A DNA stretch of 63,937 nucleotides, filler included, from Octopus bimaculoides (GCF_001194135.2; 3 parts of 3 records of this genome joined end to end with filler, not necessarily neighbours in it); one strand, 5' to 3'. Shown: positions 25,141 through 38,616, counted from the whole stretch's first letter. Numbers and translations are program-made. Notes: generated from the sequence alone by a model not told the origin.

Positions 25141-25504
25141 TAGTATGTAGGTGGGGATTTGAGTCGTAGAAATGGTGTCATACAAAAATATTTGGTGATA
25201 TTCTCTCATGTCTTTTAGCTTTTTAACTTGAAATACTATAAGGCTTTACTTTGCATTTTTATATTCCACTAAGATCAATATCATAAGTAATGGTAATATA
25301 CTGGAGTGAAGTCAGTCAACATTATTTTTATTTTTATTTTATTTTTGTTTTCATTGTTAATTCAAATACGAAAAGTAGAACTAAAGAACCATGTTTTTTT
25401 TTTTTTTTTACCAGGGCTTCAATACTGATGACTGTGCATAAGGAAGAAACAACAACTCATGGCTCATTGTGTTAGAAAATATACAACTTCTTCAAAACAA
25501 CATT

Positions 25505-25525
25505 GTTCTATTATTATTATTATTA

Positions 25526-25565
<40 letters not shown>

Positions 25566-25571
25566 CATCAC

Positions 25572-25619
<48 letters not shown>

Positions 25620-25640
25620 CGTTATTATTATTATTATTTC
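25505..25640. repeat. (TTA)n microsatellite
   Basis: Directly visible. Confidence 0.95.
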
Positions 25641-26603
25641 TGTTTTTATAGTTCTCTGATCATGTTCATGTTACTTTTGAATTCATTGTATTTGGTAATT
25701 TGTTACGACTTTATACTTCACAGTAATGTTTTCTGTTTCTTGGCTGGCCGTCTCTTTAATCAAGCATATCTTTCCATTCTTCTGTTTGATTATCGTCATT
25801 GTCATTATTGCTGCATCATTGCTATTATTTTACCTTTGTCTCAAGGCATTCTTATCATTTGTAATCATTATTATTAGAATAAAAATGTTGCTGCTGCTGC
25901 TGCTGCTGATGTGAATGACATTGATGCTAATAATCATCGCTATCAGATTTGATAAGCATCATCACAACTGTTCACCGACAATATGATGAATAAGGCTATC
26001 TGAATCCATCTACTATCCATCCTTTACCGTTCCCTATCATCTTCATCACTATCCTCACCACCACAACTACCACCAGCACCACCGCCACCACCACCACCAC
26101 CACCACAACCACAACCAACACCACCAACACCATCATCATCATCATCATTAATGTGTCTGTTGTCGGTGTACTATTTTGCTTTGTTAATATTTGGCCCTGG
26201 TTGAATGTTAAAAATTCTACAAGATCTTGATTTTGTTCCTCACCATCAATGTCATTCCCCCTTTTCATATACATGGCACTTTACTCCCATTTTATTTAGT
26301 AATTCTTAAACTCATAGTTTCAAGTTCTGTCAGGAGCATTAAAAATTTCCACATAAATACTTTTGTTTCCTAGTTATTATCAACCAGAATTCATTTATAT
26401 TTCAGCACAAGGTCTTGGAAATTGTATTTGTTAGTTCTTTCAATATATTAATTTCAATATCCATTATATTGTCTGACAGATTTGTCTGCTTCATGAACAA
26501 CAAAAGTAAAGCTGTTTAGCTGTTTAACCACAGTGTTTGCCATTCTTACTGAAATTTTGTCAGCTGGTGAGTTTATTCTTTTGTAAGGTAAGATACTCTT
26601 ATT

Positions 26604-27075
26604 ATATTCAATATAGTGAAGGTAGCAAGCTGGTAGAATTATTAACAAAGTGCTTGGTGGTATTTCATCTATCCTTAAGAATTCACTTCAAATTCTGCTG
26701 AAATTGACTTTGTCTTTTATCCTTTCAGGTTCGATAAAATAAACGCCAGTCAAATGCTGGGGTTGATGCAATCAACTTATGCTCTTCCCCCAAATTGTTG
26801 GCCTTGTGGCAAAATGTGAAATCAATATATTCAGTATAAAATGGTAGTGAGCTGACAGAATCCTTAGCGCGGTGAGCAAAATGTTTAGAGGCATTTGTCC
26901 ATCTTCATGTTCTGAGTTCAAATTCCACTAAGGTTGACTTTGTCTTTCATCCTTTTGGGGGTCTATAAAATAAGTTCCACTTGAGTACAGGTGTTGATGT
27001 AATCAACTTAGCCCCATCCATAAAATTGTTAGTCTTGTACCAAAAATCTGAAACCAATATATTCAGTATAGTAAA
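26604..27075 (+). mobile_element. Head-to-tail dimer of group B SINE
   Basis: Two complete copies (about 26620-26825 and 26845-27057), with the motif ATATTCA(A/G)TATA before, between and after them. Confidence 0.85.
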
Positions 27076-27349
27076 TACTAAGGATCTAAATAGAAATATT
27101 TATTCAGTGAGGGAACAGTATTACTTCAATGACCAATATGACTTCAATCCTTTCGGCAAGTAAGGGAGACGACTTCGGATATATTTCAGTTAACAAAACT
27201 TCCTCGGGAAAACATAAACTTCCTGATACTTGCCAATGTAGACATGAGTGATTTATTTGATGGTAATTTTGTAGTGTTTCATATCTTAATGTTTGAAGTG
27301 GATAACAGCAAACACTTTCAATCAATTATTATTATATTATGATTATTTA

Positions 27350-27565
27350 AGGCAGTGAAATGGCAGAATTGTTAGTATGCTGGGTAAGATGCTTGGCCAC
27401 ATTTCATCTGTCTGTATATTTTGAGTTCAAATTCTGCCGAGACTGACTTTACCTTACATTATTTTAGAGTCTATAAAACAAGTACCAGTTTAACACTGTG
27501 GTTGATGCAATCAATTTAATCTCTTCCCCAAAAAGGTTGTCCTTGTGCCAAAATTTGAAATATGA
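27350..27565 (+). mobile_element. SINE group B, full copy
   Basis: GGCAGTGAAATGGCAGAATTGTTAG..TTGAGTTCAAATTCTGCCGAG..TTGTGCCAAAATTTGAAA. Confidence 0.85.
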
Positions 27566-27697
27566 TTATTTCCCAAAAGCATTTTCAAGAATTATTTTTA
27601 GCTGTTTTGCATCTTACTATTCTATGTGAATATAGTTTGCAATGCGGTTTTTAAAAGTTTACTGAGTTTTTAATTCATGAGTAAGAAAGTAACTTAC

Positions 27698-27917
27698 CAA
27701 ATAGTTTGCATTTTGTTGGGAGAAATTTTTATCTGAATATATAAATAAAAAGTGCCAAGTTGAAAGATGATAAACTTGGCATGGTTGATTTGCTGATGAA
27801 AATGAAACATTTTTTTAGCTGTTACTAATGCCAGACTTCATTTCTCCAAATTTTCTTACCATTTATTTTGAGCAAAGATTCACTGGTGAAGGGTCTTAGT
27901 TTCTCTATATTTCTTAA
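27698..27917 (-). CDS. Candidate two-exon pair (27860-27917 and 27698-27732) of an unidentified gene: LRNIEKLRPFTSESLLKIN/DKNFSQQNANYL
   Basis: Acceptors ttttattgctaatag and tttatatattcag, donors gtaaga and gtaagt, a 127-nt intron and compatible phases (1/1). No family recognised. Confidence 0.3.
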
Positions 27918-28264
27918 CTATTAGCAATAAAAATCAATAATTCAATGTCACATTATACAGTACTCACATGCTAGTGTACCTGCTTTAGCAAGTGAGTATG
28001 AAATGCATGTGTTTGTGCGTGTGCATATTTTGCATCTGTATTCCAAATCTATGTCCTTGTTGAAATATGCATTTCTTTACAGAAGCATCTATTTCATAAA
28101 ACAGAGCTATGGTTTAGCTACTACGTTAAAGTGAAAACACAATATGTAAAGCATCTTCCAGCATAACCTCATCAGCTCTATTCAAAACTGAAATGCCAAA
28201 GTGGTTATTATATTCATAGATGCACACACTCACACACACACATAGTATATATATATATATATGC

Positions 28265-28420
28265 ACCAGAGTGGCTGTGTGGTAAGAAGCTTGCTTCCCA
28301 ACCACATGGTTCCAGATTCAGTCCCACTGCATGGCACCTTCAGCAAGTGTTTTTTACTGTAGCCTCGGACCGATCAAAGCCTTGTGAGTGGATCTGGTAG
28401 ACAGAAACTGAAAGAAGCCC

Positions 28421-28425
<5 letters not shown>
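28265..28425 (+). mobile_element. SINE group A head ending in (TA)n
   Basis: AGAGTGGCTGTGTGGTAAGAAGCTTGC..CAGTCCCACTGC..GAAACTGAAAGAAGCCC followed by (TA)n. Confidence 0.85.
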
Positions 28426-28474
<49 letters not shown>

Positions 28475-29302
28475 ATCATATCATATCATGTAATTACTAT
28501 TTAGCTGAGTTGCCATATATTAAATAGTTTAGTTCTGCTCACTGCTTTCAATGAATAAGGTGACCAATTTGATATTTACAGCATTACTTTTTGTGTTTCT
28601 CTTCTTTTATCCACTTATTTATTTTTTTCTTTTGGCTATATATAACTCACTTTTTACTTTTTTCACTATCTTCTTACATTCTGTCCAGGATCATATTTTA
28701 TACTACCACTTGCCATGGATTCTTATAAATGGTAATTATTCGCAGAATTCTTTCTCTGTAATTCATTGCTTTATGACAACAAAAGGTAGAAATTTAATGG
28801 CATCCTTTCAAAAACATCTACACCATATTCAGCATAATCTATATTGTAGACCATTATATTTCTTCAGTTTTTCTTGACATTAACTTAGTGGTTGGTTTAT
28901 TATAGCTAATAAACTTGGTCTGTGTGCAGTAGTAACTTTACTTACTGTCGTTTATTTTGGTCAATTGCTCCATCAAAAGTTGTTCGGTATTATTTCTCAT
29001 CAATTACAATTGACTTGTTCTTTTGATTATACGACCAGTCTATTGTTTATTTTGTTTTGTCTCATAACTATTCTAACTTGTCCAGTTCCCATTACTGTGT
29101 ACATGTATGAATACGAGCATATGTATGCACGTGCATGTGTGTATGAGTATGAATTCTTGTATAATGGAAGAATTTTGTTTTATAGCTTGATGACCTCCCT
29201 GACACTAATCAAAAAGTAAGAGCAAATTCTACTGTTAGCTAGATATAGATATCGCTCTTCATCTGTCTGTCTTTCTCTTTCTGTCTATGAAACTCTTTCC
29301 TT

Positions 29303-29334
<32 letters not shown>

Positions 29335-29407
29335 TATATATACACACACAGAAACACACATATGCATACACGCACGCACATATACTGACAGAAAAATAAC
29401 CACATAC

Positions 29408-29656
29408 ACATCATCATCATCATCATCATCATCATCATTATCGTTTAACGTCCGCTTTCCATGCTAGCATGGGTTGGACGACTTGACTGAGGAATGGTGA
29501 AACCGGATGGCAACACCAGGCTCCAATCTAAATTTGGCAGAGTTTCTACAGCTGGATGCCCTTCCTAACGCCAACCACTCAGAGAGTGTAGTAGGTGCTT
29601 TTACGTGTCACCTGCACGAAGGCCAGTCAGGCGATACTGGCAACGGCCACGCTCGA
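29408..29656 (-). mobile_element. RTE-type LINE 3'-end copy (young, CpGs intact), truncated by a gap
   Basis: Nearly identical to 56605-56790. Confidence 0.85.
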
Positions 29657-29756
29657 NNNNNNNNNNNNNNNNNNNNNNNNNNNNNNNNNNNNNNNNNNNN
29701 TTAATTAATTAANNNNNNNNNNNNNNNNNNNNNNNNNNNNNNNNNNNNNNNNNNNN
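29657..29756. other. Artificial scaffold-join linker (44 N + TTAATTAATTAA + 44 N)
   Basis: Exactly 100 bp. The 12-mer encodes stops in all six frames, and an identical construct occurs at 51198-51297. Confidence 0.9.
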
Positions 29757-29791
<35 letters not shown>

Positions 29792-30463
29792 ATGGAAACT
29801 ATAAGATAAAGATTTGGCACCAATAATAATGCCTTTATCTCGATTATTGCCTGGCATTTTGAGGATATTTTCGTGGGGGTTTTCTTAATTTTTACATATA
29901 TTTTTACCAAACTATTTAAAGACATTCTCTTATTTCAAGAATAACGCATAATTTTTGCCGCCAACGTGTTTTCGCCATCAATACCACTTTAAGCATGTCT
30001 ACTTTTCCTCCAAAGTTCCTCCCACACCAAAAATTTTACATCCCAATTATAATTCTTCCATTGTTAGTATTATCATTGTGAATGTTTTTGTGTTGTTTTA
30101 TTTTTTTCTATCACTTATGTTGTTGGATTTGTTCTCGTGAGCTATTTTCTTCTTCTCATTGGCGTGACCATCTGCAATCGCTTTACTCAATATTATTACT
30201 GTTATGGTAATGGATCGAATGTTTATACAAGAATTAGTTGATCTGATAGCATCGTACTTGCTGTCATCGTTTAAAGATAACCAAATGAATTACACGCAAC
30301 GTTATTCGTTTCTGACTTAAGTATTCTTTTATAAAACTTCATCGTAAAGACACAAACATCATTAGATTTCGTGTTACGCTTCTTATTGCGCTTGATCTAT
30401 GTCTCTCTCTTTATTCACCGTCTCTCGAATAAATAATTATCAGTAATGTGTACATGCAAGCAT

Positions 30464-30505
<42 letters not shown>

Positions 30506-30529
30506 GTGTGTGTGCATGTGTGTGTGCGT

Positions 30530-30830
30530 GCATGTGTCTGTATTCTTTTAGTCGTCTGCGTGACTGGACTGCGGCCATGTTGGAGTATCACATGAAAATG
30601 CTCAAGCGATCTCTAGTACTTAGATTTTAAATTCTATTATTTATTCAGTTAGTTTTTTGCTGAACCGCTAGAATAGTGTGATGTAAACAAACAAGTACAA
30701 AGACGTACTCACATATGCATATATATGCACGTACTAACAGACACAAATATCCATCAAGTGAGATTTGAACCCGAAATTATTCGCCCGCAAAGCGAGCTTC
30801 TTAACTACACAGCAATACCTTCACCCGTGC
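30530..30830 (-). mobile_element. Degenerate group A-like SINE (tail 30530-30700, tRNA-like head about 30755-30815)
   Basis: GACTGCGGCCATGTTGGAG..GCTGAACCGCTA tail and GAGATTTGAACCCG..CTTCTTAACTACACAGC head. Confidence 0.6.
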
Positions 30831-31902
30831 ATACAGTCATTCATTCATACATACATAGATACATACATACATACATACATACATACATGCATACATACAT
30901 ACATACATACATATATAAATACATACATACTTACTTACTAACATATGCCTGCATTTAATGGCAGTAAATAACTGATATACTACAATTTGATAATAAAAAA
31001 TCATCTGGCACTTCTCTCCTACAAAATACTATAACAAATTGTTTTTACATAAAATTACATAACTTCAGTTTTAGCGAACTTTAACCAAAGTCTACCACCA
31101 TAAACTTGTTAAATTAAAACAACCAGACAAACTTAACGACAAGAAAAGGATTACAAACACGTTTCTAATCTGACGATTACTTAGAAAATATAACGAAAAG
31201 AGATACAGGAGAAGCTGATTTGCTTACTTTTTCCTTTCAAGAATTATGACATCTGATATTAATGGATTCGTGATTAACATTACACAGATGTTTTCTCTGT
31301 GTTAGAAAGTCGCTGTGTTTGGGTAAATATAGACAAGATATTTTGTTGTAAGAAAAAAAATCAGAGAATTTCTCTATGGATGACACTTCTGAAATATAAT
31401 TCTGAATCTGTGAAAATGTATAATCTTTACCCCGAAATATGAATTTTAATCGTGTTGTTGCCATTTGCACCAGGCTCAAATTTGTTGTCGGTGTTGTCGT
31501 TTTATACCAATTTTCCAGATATTAAACAAATTTCAAGAAGTTTTTAATTTCAAGAAGTTTTTAATTTTAAGATTATGTTTTTAAATAATTGATTTTAAGA
31601 TTATGTTTTTAAATAATAGTGTAATCCCCCTACTGTCTTGTAGAACTGGAAAATATATACAACTAAAAGTAATTAACTACAATCATGGTTTTCTGTGGAA
31701 ATAATAAAACATTTTCGATCAGTCAAAGACACAAGGCACCAAACATGGTTGATTATTGTCCTTTTTAGTTCCAGTCACGGTCGCAACACAAGATGCACGC
31801 ATTGTGTAGCAATCAATTTTTCCTATTCTATAATTTGGTCTTTATCCAAAGTCTGATATAACAAAGACTGTGATATCATGTTAATACATTCTGGTTATAA
31901 GT

Positions 31903-32140
31903 TAGTGAGCTGGCAAAATCGTTAGCACACCGGGTAAAGTGCTTAGTGGCTACCGAATCGTGTAGCAAACAGGAAATATTGGTTTCATATTTTGGCACAA
32001 CGTCAGCAACTTCGTAAGGAGAGTGCAGTCGACTATATTGACCCTGTACTCAACTGGTACCTATTTTATCGAACCCAAAAGAATGAAATACAAAGTTTAC
32101 CTCTATAGAATTTGAACTCAGAACGTAAAGACTCGGTCAT
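31903..32140. mobile_element. Group B SINE with body inverted relative to head
   Basis: Head on plus (31903-31950), body and tail on minus (about 31975-32135). Confidence 0.75.
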
Positions 32141-32459
32141 TCCTACACTAGAGACATGGCTTTCAAATATAAATCAGTCGACCCCAAAGAAACCAGTGTG
32201 TGAAGAAACTGTTTTCGAATGGAAAAAAAATGAAATTCTATTAGCATGATATTTGCAATCTTAATGCTTTAATCCAAAGCCCTGTGATCACTAAAGGAAA
32301 AGAAACATGTCTTATACTGGCTTATACTATAATAATACTTTATTTTATAACAATATTTTATTTTATTTTATAACAATAACACAAAATAAATTTTATAACA
32401 ATACTTACTTAGAACAATACTTATTTTATAACAATACTTACATTAATACTTTGTCTTCT

Positions 32460-32832
32460 TCTTGGCCCTCCGTCGCTTACGACGACGAGGGTTCCAGTTG
32501 ATCCGATCAACGGAACAGCATGCTCGTGAAATTAGCGTGCAAGTGGCTGAGCACTCCACAGCCACTTGTACTCTTAATGTAATTCTCGGTGAGATTCAGC
32601 GTGACACATAGTGTGACAAGACTGGCCCTTCGAAATGCAATAGGTACAACAGAAACAGGAAGAAAGAGTAAGAGAAAGTTGTGGTGGAATCGCCTCCACT
32701 CCCTGCCGGAACCTCGTGGATTTTTCGGTGTTTTCGCTCAATAAACACTCACAATGCCCGGTCTTAGAGTCGAAACCACGATCCTACGACCGCGAGTCTG
32801 CTGCCCTAACCACTGGGCCATTGCACCTCCAC
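32460..32832 (-). mobile_element. SINE group C (different tRNA-like head, tail type 2), CpGs intact
   Basis: Head GAGGTGCAATGGCCCAGTGGTTAGGGCAGCAGACTCGCGG..GGTTTCGACTC. The 3' ~170 bp is shared with 16020-16335. Confidence 0.85.
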
Positions 32833-34849
32833 AATACTTCGTAATACCTTATCTTGTAGCAATACTTATAATAATATCTCATAATTATATCTTATTTTAT
32901 AACAATATTTTTAATACAACTTTATAAAAATGCTACTTATAAAAATAATGCCTTATAATTATATAAAAATAGTACTTTCCAATAATACTTTTATAAACAG
33001 TGTTAATCTATTCTCGCACTCATAAGTAATGTACTAATCCTGCTCTGAACTGTCCGCTAAGTTGCCGCCTCATGGTACTCTAATATACCAATAAAGGAGC
33101 TTGTTACGCTAGAAGTAGCAATCAAATCTTCAAATTACACACCGTCTTAAACACGGGAAAATGCATTATGTAATGTACGCTAAATATTCCTAAATAGACG
33201 AGGTGGTCATGGATCGAATCGCTGCAACGACAGTGACATCAACAACATTAACAACAACAGCATCAACATGAGCAACAACAAGCAACAACCACTGCAATCT
33301 TAGGTTTTGACAGAAATTCGTGGCATTGTTGTTGCGCCTATTGAGAAAACAGTAAAAGCTGTATTCTGAAGGTTTGTGTGGCACTTAGGAATGTGACTTC
33401 GGCAGCTTAAACAATTTTCAACCTTTAATCTTTAGAAAAATCTTTCTTTAATGTTTCTCCCATATATTAACTTATGATCAAACGTTTTGTTGTTGTTGTC
33501 ATTGTTGCTGCTTTTTGTTGTTGTTGTTGCTGCTCCTGCTATCTGTTGTTGCTGTTATAGTTTTGTCCCATATCATCTCTGACCGACAAGATTTATGACC
33601 AAAGCATTCCACAGATGACCATCTAAAATATTTTCTGACACTATATCCATGAATACCTTAGCTAATGAATGCTTTCTTTTTGTGGTTGAGTTTTAGAGGA
33701 ATATGGTTGTTTTAGAGTTTTAGAAGAATATGGTCTAATTATCTTTTTAGTAAAACTGTCCTTGAACCGGCAAAATTTGTTTGACATGGAATGACAAACA
33801 ATAGAGCTGACTTGTAGTTAATCAACAACAACAGCCACAACAACAACAAGCACAACAATAACAACAACAGCAGCAGCAGCAGCAGCAGCAGCGACAACAA
33901 GAAACTAACGAGTTGTTAATAATGCTATTTTTCATGTGTATATTTGATTTTTATGTTTTGTTTTTTTAAATTGCTAAAATTGGAAGACATATTTATTAGG
34001 ATAATTTAGTTATGATAATCCAATAATTTATTATTATATTTTAAGGACACTAAGGAGATCGATGTTTATGTAAGGTTATAATCTATTCTTTGATTCTTAC
34101 TAAGTTTCCAAACATTGCTATTTTACCTGCTGATTCATAAACTTTCTATTTTCAACTGACTAAAGGTTGTGCGGTAATATTGCATTACGGTCATTAGATT
34201 GAAATGCTAAGAGCTTTTCACACGTTAAATACCCAAATATCATGTTTGGGAAAGGTTTTGTTTAGAGTTTTAAAGAACAAAAGAAATCAGTAATTGAATT
34301 GTAAATAAAAGAATCATCTAGTTTCTGTGCCAGAACAACTGATCCTAGAAATAATTCTGGATGTTAGAACCTATCTTCTACTCTGCTCAGTTGTTCGTAA
34401 CTTCTAGACTCTTTTCAACTGTACAACAAACGGTACCTATTTGACAATGTGCAGACGCTTTGATCTCCTTCACCAAACGAGCAATAAATTCACTGTTTAC
34501 TTTGTCCTTTGTTTAATGATTATTTTTAATATGATTTATAGAATCAATAAGTAAAAGATGAAAGGAAAGAGAGCTAATGGTTGGTTGTGTGTTCATTACA
34601 CCGGTTGAAGTAATGAATTCAACGCTTGGAACCGTTTCCTAGAAAATACGATATAAAAGGACGCAAATATTTATGTTTCCGCGATAGTGGTATTATATAT
34701 TTTCTCTTCTCACCTATAAACCAGCATTCTTTTCTAGAAGTAGACGGTTAAATATAGTTGGAAATCTTTTAGATGTCTTTTGTTTGAAATGTATCTTTAT
34801 GAGATTTCAAATTTAGCCACCTTCCCGTTGCACTATTATATATGTGAGT

Positions 34850-35022
34850 ATGTGTATGAAAGTTTGTGTTTCTGCGTGCATGCGTGTTTGTGTGTATATG
34901 TATGCATGCGTGTGGGAGTGTGTGTGTGTGTGCGTGTGTGTGTGTGTGTGTGTGGGAGAGAGAGAGCGAGAGAGAAAGAGTGTGTGTCTGTGTGCGTGCA
35001 TGTGTGGGAAAGAGAGAGCGTG

Positions 35023-35075
<53 letters not shown>

Positions 35076-35080
35076 CGTGC
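34850..35080. repeat. Compound (TG)n/(GA)n microsatellite
   Basis: Directly visible. Confidence 0.95.
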
Positions 35081-35563
35081 AAATATAGGTACGTGATCGA
35101 TTGGAAACCTACAAACAAGTCGGCAGTGGTACTGTGTTGGGTAAATCTAAATTAAACAACAAATTAAATCAAAATAAATCAACAGAGCGATAAAGTCAAA
35201 CGTTCAGAACCAGAAAAACGGTGAAGGAAATCCAGTGAACATACTGTTTCATCTGAGAATAGCGATGGAAAATGTCCGACTGTAGATAACTGCTTAGTTA
35301 CATTGACAAGGCTGTTGATGTTCAGTTAGTAAAAGTTTCAAACCTATCACATTGATCGGTTCGATTTTGTTTAATGAAAAGTGAAAGCTTTTGAATAAAT
35401 GTTTGTTTTAAGATCTCATCTATATAATCACCAGACCAGTAGAGGTTGTTTAGCCTCAGGTCAACTCCGACCGATCAAAGAAGACTATGGTATTAAAGAT
35501 GCTCGAATCAGGATAACCCTATCATTATATATCAATCTCTCTCTCTCTTTCTCTCTCTCTCTC

Positions 35564-35621
<58 letters not shown>

Positions 35622-36669
35622 TATATATATATTTATCTTTTAAATTCGTTTATAGTAACGTTAGGGGTATGCACGACTACCGTTGTCGGCTAATGACTGA
35701 TGTTAAAATCATGTGATTTGTGGGAAACGCACGTAACGATGTTTTAACTATTTATAAATTTCATCCTAGAATTATTGTTATTATATATATAAAATTGAAG
35801 GGAAGGAGTAGGTAAACATCCAGGATACATATGCTAAATAATTATTACTTCCGGGGTTCTGCTAACTAGGAAACATATGTACTTTACGTACTTCATTCCC
35901 TCAATTCATTCCCTCATTGGATTTTTATTCGCATTCATAAATCTAGATGCTTACCGTGAACCATAAAATAACTTTTCAGCTTATCGAAGTTCGATATGGG
36001 AAAAACATGCAGCCTTCTGCGCCAATAAACTATTCTTGTTCCTGAAAGTTGCTTTATTATACTTCCTATGGACTGCTCGAATCTTACTAACTTCCTACAG
36101 TTAGTAAAATTCGGGCAGTCCGTAGAATGTATAACAACTGTCAGGAACAATAATAGCTTATTGGGGCTAAAAAATGTGGTTACATCGTCCTAACCAGGAC
36201 TGCCACTTTACGCTGGCAAATAGATTTTACTCTGTAGTACTGTTACTACTTATCTCTCGCTCAGAGATTTAAGACTAATTATTTTCCTCTTTACGAGGAA
36301 ATTCAAATATTTTCTAATATTTCATGATAGGTTAACCTCAGCTTGCACGCTTTTACATGGACCTAGGAGGGGTGACGTTAATATTTCATTATCACGTTTA
36401 AATTTTACTTTCTAAGATAAATATATGATTCTTGTATTAAACAAGACAATGAAGGGGAGAATATTGATTGAAAGTTACAATAATTATCAACATGTGGATC
36501 TATTAATTGACTTGATTGGCTGCAGTTGATCATTTTTATTCTCGGATTCAATTAGTTGTTAATATTATGAGCAGTTTCTGTTGTTTTATGATTAGAACTT
36601 AGATTGGTCACTTGCTAAATGTCGTAATTACATCATAGACTGTTTAATCGTATAATTAATTATTCTGGT

Positions 36670-36880
36670 ACGCAGCGAGCTGGCAGAATCGTTAGCACAC
36701 TGGACAAAATACTTAGCGGCATTTCAACCGTTTTTAGATTCTGAGTTCAAATTTCGGGCAAGATTGACTTTACCTTTAATCATTTCGTGGTCGATGAAAT
36801 AAATACCAGTTGAGCAATTGGGTCGATGTCCTCCACAATCCCCCTGCCCCCAAATTTCAGGCCTTGTGTCAGTAAGAGAA
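36670..36880 (+). mobile_element. SINE group B, full copy
   Basis: GCAGCGAGCTGGCAGAATCGTTAGCAC..TTCTGAGTTCAAATTTCG..GGTCGATGAAATAAATACCAGTTGAGC..CCTTGTGTC. Confidence 0.85.
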
Positions 36881-36899
36881 ATTGACACTTCTATAAGCT

Positions 36900-37310
36900 T
36901 AGTCTTGTGAACAGACGTTGTCGAGCTCTTCATGAACTGACCTAAGACCAAGTCAACGACATGTGAGCATTTGCAAACAATTTCTGACAAATTCTCGAGA
37001 TGTCCGTTTTTGGCGTCGAATTGTAACTGGGGATAGAAAATTAGCCCATTGTCATAATCCAAATAAGCGAAATCAGCAACTTAGTTCCGACTAGGCTTCA
37101 AAATCTTAGTTTGTTCAGACCTTGCACCATTAGATAACCATCTTCTTGGAGCCGCGGCGCATTTCCTCCACGGAAGGAGGTTGTTCAACAACGTAGATGA
37201 GCAAAATTCTGTTTGAAGGGAGATTTTTGCCAATACACATTTTCGGTATGTAATCTGCCTGATCTATTAATTAAAGCCTGAAATACGAGAAAACTTTTGA
37301 CTCAACCTGG
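36900..37310 (+). mobile_element. Mariner remnant, internally deleted, right TIR present
   Basis: LHELT*DQ..CKQFLTNSRDVRFWRRIVTGDRK..HNPNKRNQ, then DLAPLDNHLLGAAAHFLHGRRLFNNVDE. It ends in GAAAACTTTTGACTCAACCTGG|TA. Confidence 0.85.
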
Positions 37311-37914
37311 TATATATTTACTCTTGATAAGTTCTGCAAACACAGTCTAAAACTGATGGTTTATCCGTAGAGATTATATTCAAATAAATATATATATATA
37401 TATAAACTAATCACTATAGGATCTATTGATTATTTTATTGAAGAGTGATCTTATATGACCGAGAAATCCAAATATATAGCTGCGTGCGCGAGCGTGTTTG
37501 CCCGTGTCTATTCATTTATGCTTACTTGTTTCAGTCACTGGACTTCATTCATGCAAAAGTTAAACTTCGTTGAATGGCTTTAGAAGATTAAATCGACCCA
37601 ATAACTCAATAAAATAAAAGAAATATGTTTTATAAAATTACCTAGTGAAGCTGTTAATACTGTATATCAGTTATTAAAAGGACGCATTTTTAAACATGAT
37701 ATCTTAGAATGCAATAACACATTTGTAGTGTGCATTGTCTTTCAAAGCTCGCTGACAATCTGACTTTAAGCCAGCACTGGCTTTGTATGGTGCCTACCAT
37801 CTGCATTCTCGCAAAACAATGAAGTAAAATGCTCCTCAATTTATAACCAGGCTTCAAGGTGCACCTTAAAAGTGCTCATTTGCACATGGAAGCTGCTCAA
37901 CGAGAGCACATAAA

Positions 37915-38616
37915 CGAGGGGAAACCTTCCAGAAGATGTCACAGCCACCCAAACCACAACTGACAGTGGATTTTGACGTTGATTTACGAGTTTTGACGGA
38001 ATCGGATACATTCCAAACTCGGTCATTCTGATGGTTTACTCTCTGTTCGATGTCAAACTTCTTTTCATCTGTGAACACCAGGTTGGGTAACGTGTCTTCA
38101 GCAATCTGACGCAAGATAAGACGACCTCTCTCCAGTCTCACGACCTTATGAACTTGCGTGAGCTCATGAGTACGGATCATCTTGTAGGGGTGGGACCTGA
38201 GACCTTCAGCACTCGATACATCGATGTTCGGCTTATTCTTGCTATGGCAGCCAGTTTTTGGACGGAACGACGAGGATTTCGCCATATCTTTCCTTTGGTA
38301 CTTTCGATAAACTGAGGGACTCGCACACTTCATTTTCGACCACGTCCAGATCGATCAAGATAGTTGTTCGCTTCATTTTAAGCTTTTTTGCTATAGCTAC
38401 TTAACTTTCTCCTCCTTTGTGGAGAGTTAGGACTGTATTTCGGTCTATAGCCATTATCTAATTTATAAATCTAAATTTATTTAGTTTTAAACAAAAATTC
38501 ATTTAGTTTTAAACACACTAAACTTTTATAATGATGTATAATTTTCATATCTCATCACATTTATTGATAGTTATTAAAGCCCAAAATTTCGGCTGCCTTA
38601 ATTTCGGGACACCCTG
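37915..38616 (-). mobile_element. maT/DD37D (Tc1/mariner superfamily) element, 3'-truncated
   Basis: TIR CAGGGTGTCCCGAAATTAAGGCAGCC. Transposase LRSHPYKM..LVFTDEKKFDIEQRVNHQNDRVW..RQNPLSVVVWVAVTSSGRFPLVYV with deletions and frameshifts. Confidence 0.85.

Noticed and set aside
29701-29712. TTAATTAATTAA as a homeodomain site or regulatory palindrome
   Set aside because: Isolated between symmetric N runs and repeated identically at 51242, so it is an assembly spacer.
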